A stretch of DNA of 64,000 nucleotides from Neophaeotheca triangularis (GCA_054600435.1 BAAIJX010000002.1:1-64000), one strand, 5' to 3'; positions 23,475-35,799 are shown, numbered from the stretch's first letter. The notes: generated by a model not told the origin, from the sequence alone. Program-made: numbers and translations.

Positions 23475-24167
23475 GGAGGGGAGTTGCGGCGGAGGAGATA
23501 GTTGGGGGCGTGGGGCATGAGTCGTGAAGTATGTCGTTGATGCTTCGCGACGCCGTCATGAGATAATGGTGTCTGGGAAGAGTGCAGAGCCCCTCTGGTA
23601 GCTTATGGGAGAAGATGTATTCGTGAAGCTCTCGATCCCAGTTGCCCTCCGGGCACTCTTGATCGCACTCTGAACTGCTAAACGTCAATCCGTCGACAAG
23701 ACCTTGCAAGTGAGATATGACTGTACGTACTCCAATTACGAAAACTGACAGCTGGTGCATACGAACCTGATGCTCGCTCCTCGATCTCTGCGCTATTCTC
23801 GACCGTCAACAGCTGCGCTACGAACGAACGGTAACAACAATGCAGTAGAGTGCCTCCTGAAGAAAATGAAACAAAAGATTCCCCCCATCCCCACTCCAAC
23901 GAAACAAAGGGAATATTGCGGTAGCCGCGCTGCAACACGTAGCCCCCCTCATGTCGCTTGACCCAATGTTTCCCTCCGAACGCCATGCCTCCAATTCTCC
24001 AAGCCAGTCTTCACGTTCCTTTCTCTCGTCTGCCAAGGGGATAGCCGCTCCATGCGAGGCGGAACTAGGGACAACACCTCCCCGCCATCTGGAAATCGAT
24101 CCCGACTGGTGGGATCATTCGACACGGTCTCTGTGACCCGTTGAGATCAGACGAAGCGCTTGTCTCA

Positions 24168-27100
24168 TCAGTCCAGCTGGTCGTCGAGATCCCCAAGATC
24201 GAAGACCCTGTCTGCTCCGATTCGAGCGTCCGGCTCCTGCGTTTCTTGATCGTTCGATGCGGCGTGCGCGTCCAAGCCGCCACCTTGCGATGCTGTTGTC
24301 GAGGAGCGCTCGTTGAGGAATGGGTATTTCGAAGACTTTGCGCCATGAGTCAGCAGGACCTCCACGACTTCCGGAAAATGATATTCATGTGCCTTGTCCA
24401 ATGCGCGCGAGAAGCCGCTCTCATCGCTGACCTCTGCCCCAGCATCGAGAAGGATCTGGACGATTTCGAGCTTTTGCTCCTTTCTGAAGTATGACCTAGG
24501 CATAGCTGCTACCAGTGCACTGCCATGCGTGTCCTTAAACCAAGCCGATTCCAGACGCCCTCGAACCTTGACATCAGCGCCAGCATCGAGCAGCAATTGT
24601 ACAATCACCCTTTCTCCGCCATCTGCTGCCAAAAACAGCGCCGGACCCTTGAACCCGGTCGCGTTGACGTCTGCGCCAGCAGCTAACAGCGCTTGTACGA
24701 CCTCGTAACACCCCTCCTCAGACGCTCTTTGTAGCGCAGTACCCTGTGGACCTCCCGCGTTAATATTGGCACCGGCAGCTAGTAGCGCTCGTACGATCTC
24801 GTTATGCCCACTGTCAGACGCTATTTGTAGCGCAGTACCCTGGGGCCCTCCCGCGTTGATATCGGCACCGGCAGCTAGTAGCGCTTGTGTGAGCTCGTGT
24901 TGCCCACTCCTAGACGCTAATTGTAGCGCAGTACCCTGGGGCCCTCCCGCGTTGATATCGGCACCAGCAGCTAGTAGCGCTTGTACGATCTCGTACCGTC
25001 CACAGAAACACGCTATCTGTAGCGGAGTGCCGTCGGGCCCTTCCGCCTTTACATCGGCACCCTTTGCTAGGAGCATCTTCACGATATGCACGCGGCCCGA
25101 TCCTGCTGCTTCAATTATGACAAAGTCTTGACGTCCCGATCGAAAGTTGGGCCCCGCATCTTCAGCTAGTAGCAATTCCACAATTTCTTCATAGCCTCCT
25201 TGTGTTGCTCTGTACAATGCGTTCCCGGGTTCCCACTGGGCGTCAAGATCCACTGATCTATCATCCACAATGGTACGAACAGCGTGTAAGATGCCCTGGT
25301 CACTAGCGGCAATCAATGGGATGGGTGGCTCCTCGATCTGCCTTCGGATATCAACGATGGAATTCTCAGGGTCACCAATGTCGAATAACCGATGCCATGT
25401 CTCATAAGCTGGTGGGCAGGCTCTGAGCAGTGCCATAGTGAGATTCCGCTGTTGTTGAGAGTAGAACTGAGAAGTCCGCGCATGCTGCGTCCAAAATCGA
25501 GCAGCGTATCTCGCAAGAGGATACAAGTCCTCAAAACAGTCCGTTTGCCATTCGTCCTTTTGGAATCGAAGCAAGTACGCTAGGCAACTGCTTGCTATGA
25601 TGTCGTGCGACTCTTTGCAGGGGAGGCTAAATCTTTTGTCCGGAACACGTGTCGAGACAAGGTACTCCTTCACGGAGAAGTGCGCTAGGCGGAAGTAGAT
25701 CTTTGTCTTGTTTCCGGATACTACTCCGCTCTGATCTCCGTAGTAAGCTCTGAACTGCGATGCATCATCCTGTTTGTCGTCCGCATATACACTATCGGTT
25801 GAATTGACAAGACTAGAGCAGATCCGCAAGATGCTATCCGGCCCCCGCAACACTTCGTCTTTATCATAATGAAGATCTGGCCCAAGGACGATGCCGGTGA
25901 CCTCGAGCAACTCCTTCGCAGTCAGCGGACGCTCCGCATAGGCAAGCCACCTGAGAATGACAATCGCGTCGTCTGCTTGGCCAGCTTTCTCAATTGATCG
26001 CAGAATGCGGGCATAAGTATCGTCGAGAGTTTTCGGTAAGTCTTGTAAAGCACGACGTACCTTCCCAACTGTGAAGCATTGGGCTAGGGAATCCATCTGA
26101 CATGCCGCCCATCGGAACCTGCAGTTTATTGTCGGCCTTTATGGACCGATCGTCTGTGTCTTGGGTTGGACTTACATTCCTTTGGCCTTGCGCCCCAATG
26201 TTGTCTCAATCTCCTCTTGAACATCCTTGCTCTCCTGCCATTCTTTGAAGGACTTGTCGGTTGTCAGTCTCTTGTGCACATATTTTCTGATATCGCTATC
26301 CACCAGATGCGTCTCGAGACTAGTCCAGTGGCTTTGTGGGATAACCTCTTCCATCGCGTCCGTGATGTCGACTTCCTTTCTACTGGTCGTCAGCACACGC
26401 AAGGTAGCTTGGTTCCAACCTTGCATCTCCTTTAGTACGCCCAAGAGTTCTTCGCGCTCGCTGCATTCGTCCAGCGCATCTAGAACAACGTATGGAGCCG
26501 GCAGGAGCTTTGTTGTCTGCTCCAGTACGGTGAGCAATTGTTCTTGCGAGGGCCGGCGCCCCCCGTTCCTGCAGGTGTTGTAGAGAGATTGAAGCGTCTC
26601 CGGGACGTGTGGGCATTTGTCCAGAAGTTGGCTGAGGATTGACTTGACCATGTTGATCGGGACTTGCTTCTCCGCATCATTGAAGTCGAAGAAAAAGAAT
26701 GCCAAAGACCTTGCCGGATCCTGATCACAATAGTCTTGCAAATCCGCGATGATGCTGGCATTCAGGATCGTTTTTCCAGCGCCAGCCGAACCGTACAGCC
26801 AGGTGGATGGGACTGCACCTGTCTTCCAAGCGTCGTACCGAGCTCCCTGCAAATACCACTTTCCAGTGTCTGCCGTGCGTGTCTTGAGAGACCTCCTCAA
26901 GTTCATGAACGGATCCGGTGGCGCGAGCCACTGCTGGATGCTGATGAGGTCCTGGCCTACGATATGTCAGCACAATAATCACATGAGAACCGATCGAGTG
27001 CTTACGATTGCGCGGATTCAGCCTCGATGAAGACCATGCACAATAGAATGTCAGTCGGCCGACGTATGAGTTGATTTTCTCATCTATATCACGAACGTCA

Positions 27101-27459
27101 GATTCCTTCGCTATGCTTCGAAAGCTCTTCGCCATCTTCCCAAGCGTTTTGTCTCTTGCTTCTGGCAACATCTTTGACAAAAGCTCGTCCAGCTTCTGCA
27201 TTTGCTGGCGACATCCATCGAGACACGTTTCAAGTGCCTTCGCATCAGTTGAGTCAATGACTTGAGATTTGATCCCCTCCCTCAACCCCTCGAGAATTGT
27301 TTGAAGCAGAGGAAGCTGATTAGCAATGTCGGCGAAAGCAGAGGGAAGCTCAAGACCTTTGGAGCGGTACTCCTTGATTCTGGAGATGATCTTTGCGCTG
27401 AATTCGATAAGAGCGACCACACTCGCAACTGCGCCGATTGCAGTGATGGGGTCCGCCAT
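24168..27459 (-). CDS. Fungal NLR-like STAND protein: SesA/HeLo-like N-terminal domain + NACHT + ankyrin repeats
   Basis: N-terminus MADPITAIGAVASVVALIEFSAKIISR...LPLL. Intron 27005..26957, then QWLAPPDP. Walker A WLYGSAGAGKT, Walker B VVLDALDEC. Intron 26175..26119 gives GMFRWAACQMD. LPKTLDDTYARIL, HFSVKEYL, then ~9 ankyrin repeats. Confidence 0.92.
24655..25050 (-). repeat. Tandem 96-nt repeats (~4 copies) encoding 32-aa ankyrin units
   Basis: TGTAGCG(C/G)AGT recurs at 24730, 24826, 24922 and 25018 (period 96). Unit: GT(A/P)LQxAxxxGxxExxxALLAAGADINAGGPQ. Confidence 0.9.
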
Positions 27460-28292
27460 CGCGGAGAGCGGAGGACCGAGTTGACAAAAAAGCGCCCAAC
27501 AACGCATGCCGGGCTGCGTTGTTATGTAGCTCAGTGACCCATCCTGTGCGGCTGAGCATGCAGCTTACGTGCATGGGAGCTCGAACCCGCATCCAATCCA
27601 GCATGTACTGTTGCCGCCAGCCTCGCGCCACACCGCTGCAGCCATCATAAAACAGCTTTCGGGCCAATCGTTTGCGAGGTTGGGCACACCACGTCCTGGA
27701 CGAGATCGCAGTGGAAAATCCAAGTCAGTCCAGAGCTCTTTACTTGGCTTCACATGTCGCCGGTCTTGGAGTGCGTTTGTCCATGTAAGAAACTACAAGG
27801 GTGGTAAAGTGGCTGTGTGGATGGAGAGGCTTAGAAGACAGAGGGCGCTTCCAGCTGTCTCCTTCCGAGAGGAGTCAGGTAAGGTATCTGGGACATGCAC
27901 GTCTTCCAGACTTTGAGATCCAGACCTGTTCGCAGTACGCTGAAGGTACATCGCGACAACCATGTGAGGTAGCGTATGGCCATGAGACAGAACTTCACGG
28001 TGTCCACATTCACTTTGCTTCGCCTGAAGTCGGCGTTGCCGCTTTTGGCTAGCTTGCTTGCGTGCTTTCTTATCTTATCGCCGCATGCGGATCTCTCCCA
28101 TTCCGATACATATCGACCATCAATCACCTCGATCTTTCTCATTAGGACTCTTTACTAGTTGACCAGTTCAACTTTGAGGAATCAAACTATCAGGACGAAT
28201 CGAGTCCCGCGAGCATGTAAAGTACATTTCCGTAACGGAACGATCCTAAGCTAACACCAAACAGAAACCGCCCGTAGCACAGTTCACTCGCC

Positions 28293-28619
28293 ATGGCCAA
28301 CCAAACTTCAAACGACAGCACAGCCTACCTGGAATCCTTCATAAACCGCACACTGCACCTCCACACCAGCGATGGCCGCATGTTCTCCGGTCAAATGAAG
28401 TGCACCGACAACGAGCGCAACATCATTCTCTCCATGACCCACGAGTACCGCAAACCGTCCGAGCAGGATCTAAACCTTGCGGCGGCGAGGCACGAACGAG
28501 CTGTGAAAGAAGGCGCACGGAGGGCCAATGAGAAGATGAAGATTGAGATGAAGAAGCGGTTTGTGGGGCTTGTTGTTGTGCCGGGGAAGTATATTGAGAG
28601 GATTGAGGTGGAGGAGTGA
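28293..28619 (+). CDS. MAK31: LSM-domain protein, NatC auxiliary subunit-like (Mak31/Naa38)
   Basis: Sm1 motif LHLHTSDGRMFSGQMKCTDNERNIILS; Sm2 motif RFVGLVVVPGKYIERIEV; 108 aa. Confidence 0.8.
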   Translation: MANQTSNDSTAYLESFINRTLHLHTSDGRMFSGQMKCTDNERNIILSMTHEYRKPSEQDLNLAAARHERAVKEGARRANEKMKIEMKKRFVGLVVVPGKYIERIEVEE

Positions 28620-29097
28620 TTGGGGTTTTGGGTTTGTTCTTCGGTTGTCGAAGCGTTGTATGGATGGAGTGCGGCGTTAGCAACACGATGCGAGAGGACC
28701 ATTCATTGCGCTTCGAAAGAAGAATGGCTTTGTCGGTAGAGCTCGTGGAGTCGCCGGGAAGGCTGCTTTCTCTGGATTCAACGTGGGCTGGGCTGCTCCC
28801 AGGCGCAGAAAGCTGTTTGGCGAAGCCGACCGCACGCTTGCACGATAGCCACGCTTCACTGTCCTGACAGCGAAGCGAGAACCGCACTCGAAGTACAACC
28901 ACCACGAGCCTTTGCTGGGATCTCGCTTGGGCGCGATCTTCACCACGGCTCCAGGGCCCCCTGGCGACCATTCACAGCTGTACTTGATCTGCTTGGTCAC
29001 TTCTCCCAGGCGGCGTTGCTGCCTTGCCAACACCCAACCAAGTGAGGACGGCTTTGATCCCTCAAGTGAACTTTGGGTGTGGTATACCTTTCGAAGC

Positions 29098-29970
29098 ATG
29101 CAGCTACTTCGCCAATTGCGGCTTGCATTCTCTTCCAACAGCAACAAACTCACCAACAACACCCTCACCCAATACGCTACCTCGACTACGGGCACGTCAA
29201 CACCACAGGTTGTAGGGATGCCTTACTCAGAACTTTGCGTGTCTGTCATCTCGCGCTGCGCTCTACAGACCTTCAGACTGACTGGACGCATGCAGCCAGC
29301 AGGCGTTGAAGCGGCCAACACCTACCAGACTACTGAAGCCGAGGAAGATTACTCTCGGTAAGTCTTGACATTCAACGCTATACTACTCAGCGATTGAGAC
29401 TGACACGTACACGGCAGGGAGGAACCAGAGGACGAGGACGTACTGGACGCCGACGGCGACATCATCAACGTCTACGTCGACTAACTGCGCACGCTCGAGC
29501 CGGGATCGTCTCGCGGAAACCTGCAACTCTCACCTGGCTAGAAATTGCGCCGCGCGAACCTCACCTCACTACACCGAGTCCGATTAACACTCCCCAACTA
29601 CAGTCACCACGAACTCTCCCGTCCTTCCTCAGCAATCTCCACATCACGATCACTCCGGAACCGCCGTTCCAATCACGATATCATAATCACGGCCGCTATC
29701 CTCTACTCCACCACAGCAGCTGTTACAACAGTCAATACATTCGCCGAGAAGCTCAGAGCATTGGCGATTTGGCTCCGGACTGGCATTACGGAAAGGCCAA
29801 GCTATGCCCGGCCGCAGCAACGGAGTCTGGACTGTACGTCGAGTACGCTATAGTGAAGCGTGAGAGGATCCCCGGCCTCATCGATACTTACAACGCAAGC
29901 GGCACGGAAGAAGCAGATAGGCCGTCGGTGGTGATGGAAATGGCACACTCTCGCGGCGCTCGTCAGTGAG
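29098..29970 (+). pseudogene. Possible small spliced orphan gene or decayed gene
   Basis: ATG 29098. Canonical intron 29358..29417 (GTAAGT...ACTGAC...GGCAG) joins EEDYSR to EEPEDEDVLDADGDIINVYVD* (stop 29482-29484). Coding-like sequence continues downstream in shifted frames. Confidence 0.3.
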
Positions 29971-30328
29971 CACCTTTATACCTTCGCTGCAAGTTAGCAT
30001 GGAGCGAGTGTCAATGGTCAAGCGGCGGAGCAATTCTTCGAGACTCAATAGAGCCCGACGCTCGCTTGCTGCTCCAAATGACATTGCAATGAGTGAATAG
30101 ATTAGTCACCAAACCCAGGCAAAGGACGCTAAAGGTATACTGCAAATACACAAAAAGAGCAAACAAAAGAAAGCACAACTCCACCTTCTTCCTTTCGTCC
30201 TATCAAAACAGCCCACACCCTCCACAACCGCCGAAACTTCCACCTTAAGACCTCCCAACTCAACAGGAGAACTACCTCACGTCCCCCACAGCGTTAACCT
30301 GAATACCATTTCCCGTCACCCCCTCCTC

Positions 30329-32200
30329 CTAACCTGCAACCTCCTCCCCCAGACCCTCTGCCTCCCCCGCCTCAGCCTCCACAACCTCCCTCTCAGCGCG
30401 ATCATTCCCCGCGTTAACCCCCGCCGACTCCTCAACCCTCGCCTCCCCGCCCTTAGCCACAGCCTGCGCCTCCTCTGTCACACTCGTCTCCAACTTCTCT
30501 GATTTCGCTGTCCCAGGTCTCGAGCCCGTAGTACTAGATTTCTTAGTAGGCACGCCGAGACCGGCTTTTTGTCGTGCGTTCACGACATCCTTTTTAGCTC
30601 CCACCGCCGCGCCACCGGTTCTGTGTGAGTGGGGCAGGCTGCGGAGTTCGGCCTTGTCGCTCTTGTCATGGGCTTTGTTGGCGGAAGCGGCCGTGGGGCG
30701 CGTCATGCGTTCGAGGAAGCTTTCGCCGCTGGTGTTTGAGGAGGGGGCTGCGGCGCGGCGGGTATTTGTGACGTGATTTGTGCGGCTTTCGGGGCGGGGC
30801 ATGGAGGAACGAGGGTTTGGGCGGGAGCTGGAGGATGAGGCTGATTGTTTAGATGGGGCACGGGTGGAGGTTGAGGGTTTGGAAGTGCCATTTGTGGTAG
30901 GTTGTTGGCTGTCGTGTTTGGCTTTTGAGGCAGCGGTTGGGGCGGTGAGGCGGGAGGAGATGTTGCTTGTGGTTGTGGTAGTGGATTTGGCTGGTTTCTT
31001 AAGATCGCCACTGGAGGCCGCGCGGGCGTTGGAAGCGGCTGTGGGTGCGGTTAGGGAGCTCCGGCTGGCTTTCTTCGGAAGGCTTGGGGAAGGTGCTTTG
31101 TTTTCGGCTTGAGAACGAGTGGACAATGGAGACTTTGGCGGTTGGTCGGTAGATGAGGGAGATTTGAGCGAGTTCATTGAGCGTCTGGGTGTGGGCTTTG
31201 ATGAGCCCGGTGATGGCGTTGGCTGTGCGTCGAGCTTACCTGTGGCCGGTGGCGTCTTGCCCGGAGTCTTGCCAGGACTAGCCTTTTGCTGCTCTCCATT
31301 TTGAGTTGTCTCGCCGTGCCTTAGATCTTCCGCCACAGGCGGCAAAGCTTCCCCGCCACTGACAGCATTCTCATCAGCTGGCTCAGCCGGCTTCATCTCT
31401 CCCGGCTCTTCCTCATCAGCAGCGTCAAACTTATCACGAGTGTCCACGGACGTCTCCTCAGGCAGCATCACCTTCCCGGGAGTCTCACTCTTCGGCGTAG
31501 CAGCCTTGGGCGTCCTAGCCGCAGCAGCTGGGGAGCGAGAGCCAGGGGAACCCTGTTGCTCCGCCACGTTCATGTGCTTAAGCCGACTCGCAGCATGAGC
31601 AGCCATAGGATCGATCTCTCTGTTCATATCCGTCTCCTGCCCAGGCCTGGGCGTCATGATACCCGCAGCAATGTCTTCTCTCGCCTTAGGAGCCAGATTG
31701 GGCAACGGGGTAGCTTCGACAGCAGCCTCGGGGATGGTTTCCGCAACACTGCTCTCGTTCGCCCTCCTCTCCTCCTCATTGGAGATAGTTTTTCTCAAAT
31801 CGGCAATTGCCTGGGAGCCTTCGTCGGTGAAACTGAAGCTGCCCCTTCTCACGCTGCTGCCTCGCCTGTGGTCTGGCTGCAGCTGGCCCTCGTCGTCTTC
31901 CATTTCTGCTCCTGCCTGCTGTTGTTGTTGTTGTTGCTGTTGTTGCTGTGGGGGCTTCGAAGGGCTCAAAAGCTGTTGTCGGCCAGGGTGCTCGACCGAC
32001 ACGAAACTGGCTCTGATCTTTGAGCTGGGTCGTTCGGAGTTGCTGTTATGGCTATCGCTGCGTTGGCCGAAGGGAGAGCGGCCTCGTAGACTGGGAGAAG
32101 GGGAGGAGATGGGGTTGGCTTCAAGATCGTCGGATGGTTTTTCGAAGAGAGCTTTGAGACCGCGGACGCCGGAAGTGGAACGAGTTTGCGAAGATGACAT
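30329..32200 (-). CDS. Low-complexity S/T/P/K-rich protein with three (L/M)TxPTAAS repeats and polyQ
   Basis: Uninterrupted 623-codon ORF. N-terminal VRGLKALFE and KIRASFVSVE motifs; SLTAPTAAS, RLTAPTAAS, RMTRPTAAS; CAA/CAG polyQ at ~31915-31950. Confidence 0.8.
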   Translation of the reverse strand: MSSSQTRSTSGVRGLKALFEKPSDDLEANPISSPSPSLRGRSPFGQRSDSHNSNSERPSSKIRASFVSVEHPGRQQLLSPSKPPQQQQQQQQQQQAGAEMEDDEGQLQPDHRRGSSVRRGSFSFTDEGSQAIADLRKTISNEEERRANESSVAETIPEAAVEATPLPNLAPKAREDIAAGIMTPRPGQETDMNREIDPMAAHAASRLKHMNVAEQQGSPGSRSPAAAARTPKAATPKSETPGKVMLPEETSVDTRDKFDAADEEEPGEMKPAEPADENAVSGGEALPPVAEDLRHGETTQNGEQQKASPGKTPGKTPPATGKLDAQPTPSPGSSKPTPRRSMNSLKSPSSTDQPPKSPLSTRSQAENKAPSPSLPKKASRSSLTAPTAASNARAASSGDLKKPAKSTTTTTSNISSRLTAPTAASKAKHDSQQPTTNGTSKPSTSTRAPSKQSASSSSSRPNPRSSMPRPESRTNHVTNTRRAAAPSSNTSGESFLERMTRPTAASANKAHDKSDKAELRSLPHSHRTGGAAVGAKKDVVNARQKAGLGVPTKKSSTTGSRPGTAKSEKLETSVTEEAQAVAKGGEARVEESAGVNAGNDRAEREVVEAEAGEAEGLGEEVAG

Positions 32201-33107
32201 GGCTAGAAGTAAGGGAGGGTGAGCTTGTCAGTTTATGTCACTTTCTTTAGTCAATTCTCCTTAGCGCGTCCGCCTGGGTTTTTTGTGGGTCGAGACAGTT
32301 GGTATGATGTATCTTGACGTTTTGCGACCAAATGGAAAGTCAAGCCCGGCCACGAGTACTGCTGCGTTTGTCCGGTATATCCCTTTTGCTGCTGTGTTGA
32401 TGTTTACCACAGTAGCCTTGACCTAAGAGCTCTGAAACGACGACCAAAGGTGGGGATCTCATTTGTCTCAGGGGGACCCTCTCCGTTGAAGTAGTGGCCC
32501 CAGGCCCTCGGTGTCCATGCTTCTATCGTTCCAACGGGGAAAGAGAAGGGGTAAGATCGGACGACTTACAACTGAGAAAAGCTTCAAGACCCTACTCTGC
32601 CAAATGCTCCGAAGCGATTGCTAGGTACTCGCACATAATGCATGGCAGGGATACGATGCTGCACGAAGGCAGCTAAGGTAGCTGGGGGAGGACGCGCTCG
32701 ATGCCAAGCCAAATAAGGGGGGAAACCGTTAATTCAAACGTCATGTGATTACGCGATTTGGCGCATCTCGTGTCGATCATTTCTCGAGCATATTACAAGC
32801 CTATCGACCTCGACTCCAACGATGACTCGGTAGTCCTGAGAAAGACGAGGCAACAGAAGCTGTTGGAACAGCTATACTTCTCATGACTCTATAGCTACTG
32901 ATACACGGGTCGTACAGCTAGACAAAGGTGGACAATATCCTCCACCATCCTCAGCTCGGCGATATGCGAAAACGCCAAAAATCCTCTCTCATGTCCTAAC
33001 AAAACGCCATACCATGCCCCCGTCCAGCATGTCCAGATCAAGCGCCATGCTAAAAAGTACTATCAAAACCTCCCATCACTTAAGCGAACACAACTCGCCT
33101 TAACCGC

Positions 33108-35528
33108 TCACTGAGGCACAAGCGTGGGCGCAATTCTCCTCTTTTTCTCCCTTGGCTCACCCCTCTCTCCTTCCACCACACCATTTCCCCCAGCACCACC
33201 GACAGCGGGCGTATTGCTCTCGGCCCGGCTCTCGCTCTCGCCCTCCCTCTTACTGCCAATGCCCGTCCCCGCTACAGAACCCATGACAACCATATTCCCG
33301 CTCCCGCTAACCACGCTGCGGTCCGCGCTGGGAGCTCCAGCGCCCCCTCCCATGCCATTTGCAGCTCCGCTAGTACCCGTGCTAGCGTGGTGGCCGGGCG
33401 TTTGCGGTGGCGTGAACAACGGCATACCGCCTACGTTGCTCCCTGCGGCTGCGACGGAGGGTACCGAGCTCATACTAGGGGTGGGGTAGTTCATGGAACC
33501 GCCGGCATTTTGATCGGGGGCACCTTGCGCGAAGCTGGAAGTCTGGGTCGCGTTGCTTGAAGCTGACATGCTACGTGCTGGACTGGCAGGACGGGCTGCG
33601 GCAGTGAAAGGGGAGGGGGAAGGATTGGCAAGCGTGGCCGTCTGGTTGGAGGGTTGGCGGGGTAAAGTAGTGGGCGGTGGAGGTGCCGCGGTGATGGGTG
33701 TCGGTTGGGGTGTAGATTGTGCTGAGCCGGCGCGGCCAACTGAGATGGGCGCTGGGGCTTGGTGTTTGGTTGCAAGTGGTGCGTTTGCTGGAGGGTGATA
33801 GGGCGTGCCTAGCTCGCCAGGTGCGAAGCTTAGGGCTGAACAGAAGCCATCCGAGGAAGTCATCAGAAGCGTTTGGCCGTCACCGGCCCATGTCAGGTCT
33901 GTGAAGGTGGCGTAGTGGAGGTTGCTGACCACGGCGAGTGGCTTCGTTTGCTGGGTATCATACACGTGCACCGCGTCTTGGGTTGCCACGGCGTACACGA
34001 TGCGGTATGGCAGGGAGAATGCTGGTTGAGGACCTGCCGGCGGCGCTGGACTCTGCTCGGATCGAGGAGATGCGATGTTGGCTGCACTTACAGCCGGCGA
34101 AGGTGCGCTTGTGAGTGGTGGAGGGTCCATGGTAGAATTTGAAGTGGGTGCTACGGTCGGGACGGCAGGCTCCGGAAGGGAAGGTATGTCATCCTCTGTA
34201 CGGGTGTCGATAGTGATCTCTTTCGTATCTGCGGGCTCCGAGCGAATGGTGTAGTACACCTTCGAACACTTGACAGCAATGGAAGGTTTCTTGTGGCCGG
34301 GCAGATACGCTACTGGAGGCTTGTTGAGTCCAGCGCGAGTGTAGATGTAGACGGTATTGATAGTATCGTCAACGGTCTTCGAGGCGTCCGTAGCGGAAGG
34401 ATGTGAGGTCTTGAACTGTCCGGCTGGGGTGAAAAGAAGACTGCCATCGGGGGAAAATGTCAATCGTCGGAAGAACGAAGTGAAGGTCTCATTTGCGTAG
34501 ATATTCGTGTTCTTCACACCAATACTCATGCCGCCAGATATGCTTGGAGATGCCGAAGGCATGACGGCGGGTAAAGGCATAGAAGGGCTTGGAGAGACGG
34601 ATCTGCGGACGGATTGTCCCATTTGCGAGCCAAACGAGGACCGTCTGGAGTGAGTCGTAGGCGGTGGATTCATTGGCAGTGCAAGAGACTGCGGTGTTCC
34701 CGGTGCAGAAGGTGCAGGAGAGCCACCAGCGTGAGACGTGACGTCTTGTACAAAGGAAGCTCTGTGGTTGGCCGCCTGCGCGAAGTCCGGAGGAGCTGGG
34801 CTGTTCGAGGAGATACGACGGCCAGGTAGGTCCATCTTAGTAACTCTGCTATGTTGGTCGAGCGAAAACTGACCGTCCTTGGTCTTGAGGGTATAGATGT
34901 GGACAGAACGGTCCGAAGACTGCGTGGCCACGTACTCATTCAAAGGATCCCAAGCGACGCCCTGAACGTAGTGGTTGTGTTCCGCAATCTGACGTACCGT
35001 TTTTCCTATCAATCGTCAGTAAACAGCGTGCGAAACCTTCCCACCCCTTGGCAAAGACATACCGCTGGCCGCTTCGTAGATCCTTGCGATGTTGTCCATG
35101 CTCCCGGTGATGAAGTACTTCCCATCCGGGCTCCAAGCAAGATCGTATATTTCACTCCCGTTGCTACTCCTACACATTGTCTTGACCCTCCAAGTCTCCT
35201 TGTCCTCCAATGTATCATCCCCAAAAGTGGCCGGCACCACTGGGCCCTCGCTAGGAACCCAGAGTAAAACATTTCCATCGTCGCCAGCCGAAGCCAGCAG
35301 TTCTCCCCGCGGGCACCATCTCACGACATTGACGGCTTGGGTGTGCTTCTGTAAGCTCGAGAGGTATGTGACTTTTCGCTCATCGCCGTTGGTATCGACG
35401 CTCCAGAGACGGACGTTGCCGTCGCCGCCTGCTGTGGCTAGGCGGCCTTTGCCCTCGGTCTCGAAGTGTGCCGAGTAGATGGGCGTGTTGTCGTTGTGCC
35501 AGCTCACGAGGAGTGGGGCAGCCTTCAT
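33108..35528 (-). CDS. CAC2: Chromatin assembly factor 1 subunit B (p60), WD40
   Basis: MKAAPLLVSWH...RLATAGGDGNVRLW, HTQAVNVVRW, EIYDLAWSPDG. Intron 35062..35006. EHNHYVQGVAWDP, FFRRLTFSPDGSLL, NLHYATFTDLTW, SSDGFCS. C-terminal Asf1-binding B-domain-like KKRRIAPTLV. Confidence 0.95.
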
Positions 35529-35767
35529 CTTGACCGTTGTGGGATGGGCAATGTACGAATTGGTGTCGGTTTGGCTAGAAGCCAGAAGTGTCCGTTTGCT
35601 TTGCTCCAAGCAGGTGGGTGATGGGCCTTGGCTTGTACGGTTGTGTTCGGATCGTAGCTTGGAAGCTGCTATTCGAGGGGCAAGGAAGATGGAAGGAAGT
35701 ACGAAGCGTGGTGTGTCTGAAACATAGGCACAAGTGATGTCTCTACAAGGTTGTCGGGTGAAGTGAA

Positions 35768-35799
35768 ACGCGGGGAAGGAAGGAAGGCGCGAGACGCGT
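35768..35799. promoter_or_regulatory. Putative MCB (MBF) cell-cycle elements upstream of CAC2
   Basis: ACGCG (35768), CGCGA (~35788) and ACGCGT (35794-35799) cluster ~250 bp upstream of the CAC2 ATG, fitting a replication-coupled gene. Confidence 0.45.

Noticed and set aside
23475..24167. Possible amyloid-motif effector gene next to the NLR
   Set aside because: Only short unconvincing ORFs; no HET-s-, sigma- or PP-like motif visible.
24655..25050. Regularly spaced repeats with variable inserts, superficially CRISPR-like
   Set aside because: The 96-nt period is in frame and encodes ankyrin repeats in a eukaryotic gene; no cas genes.
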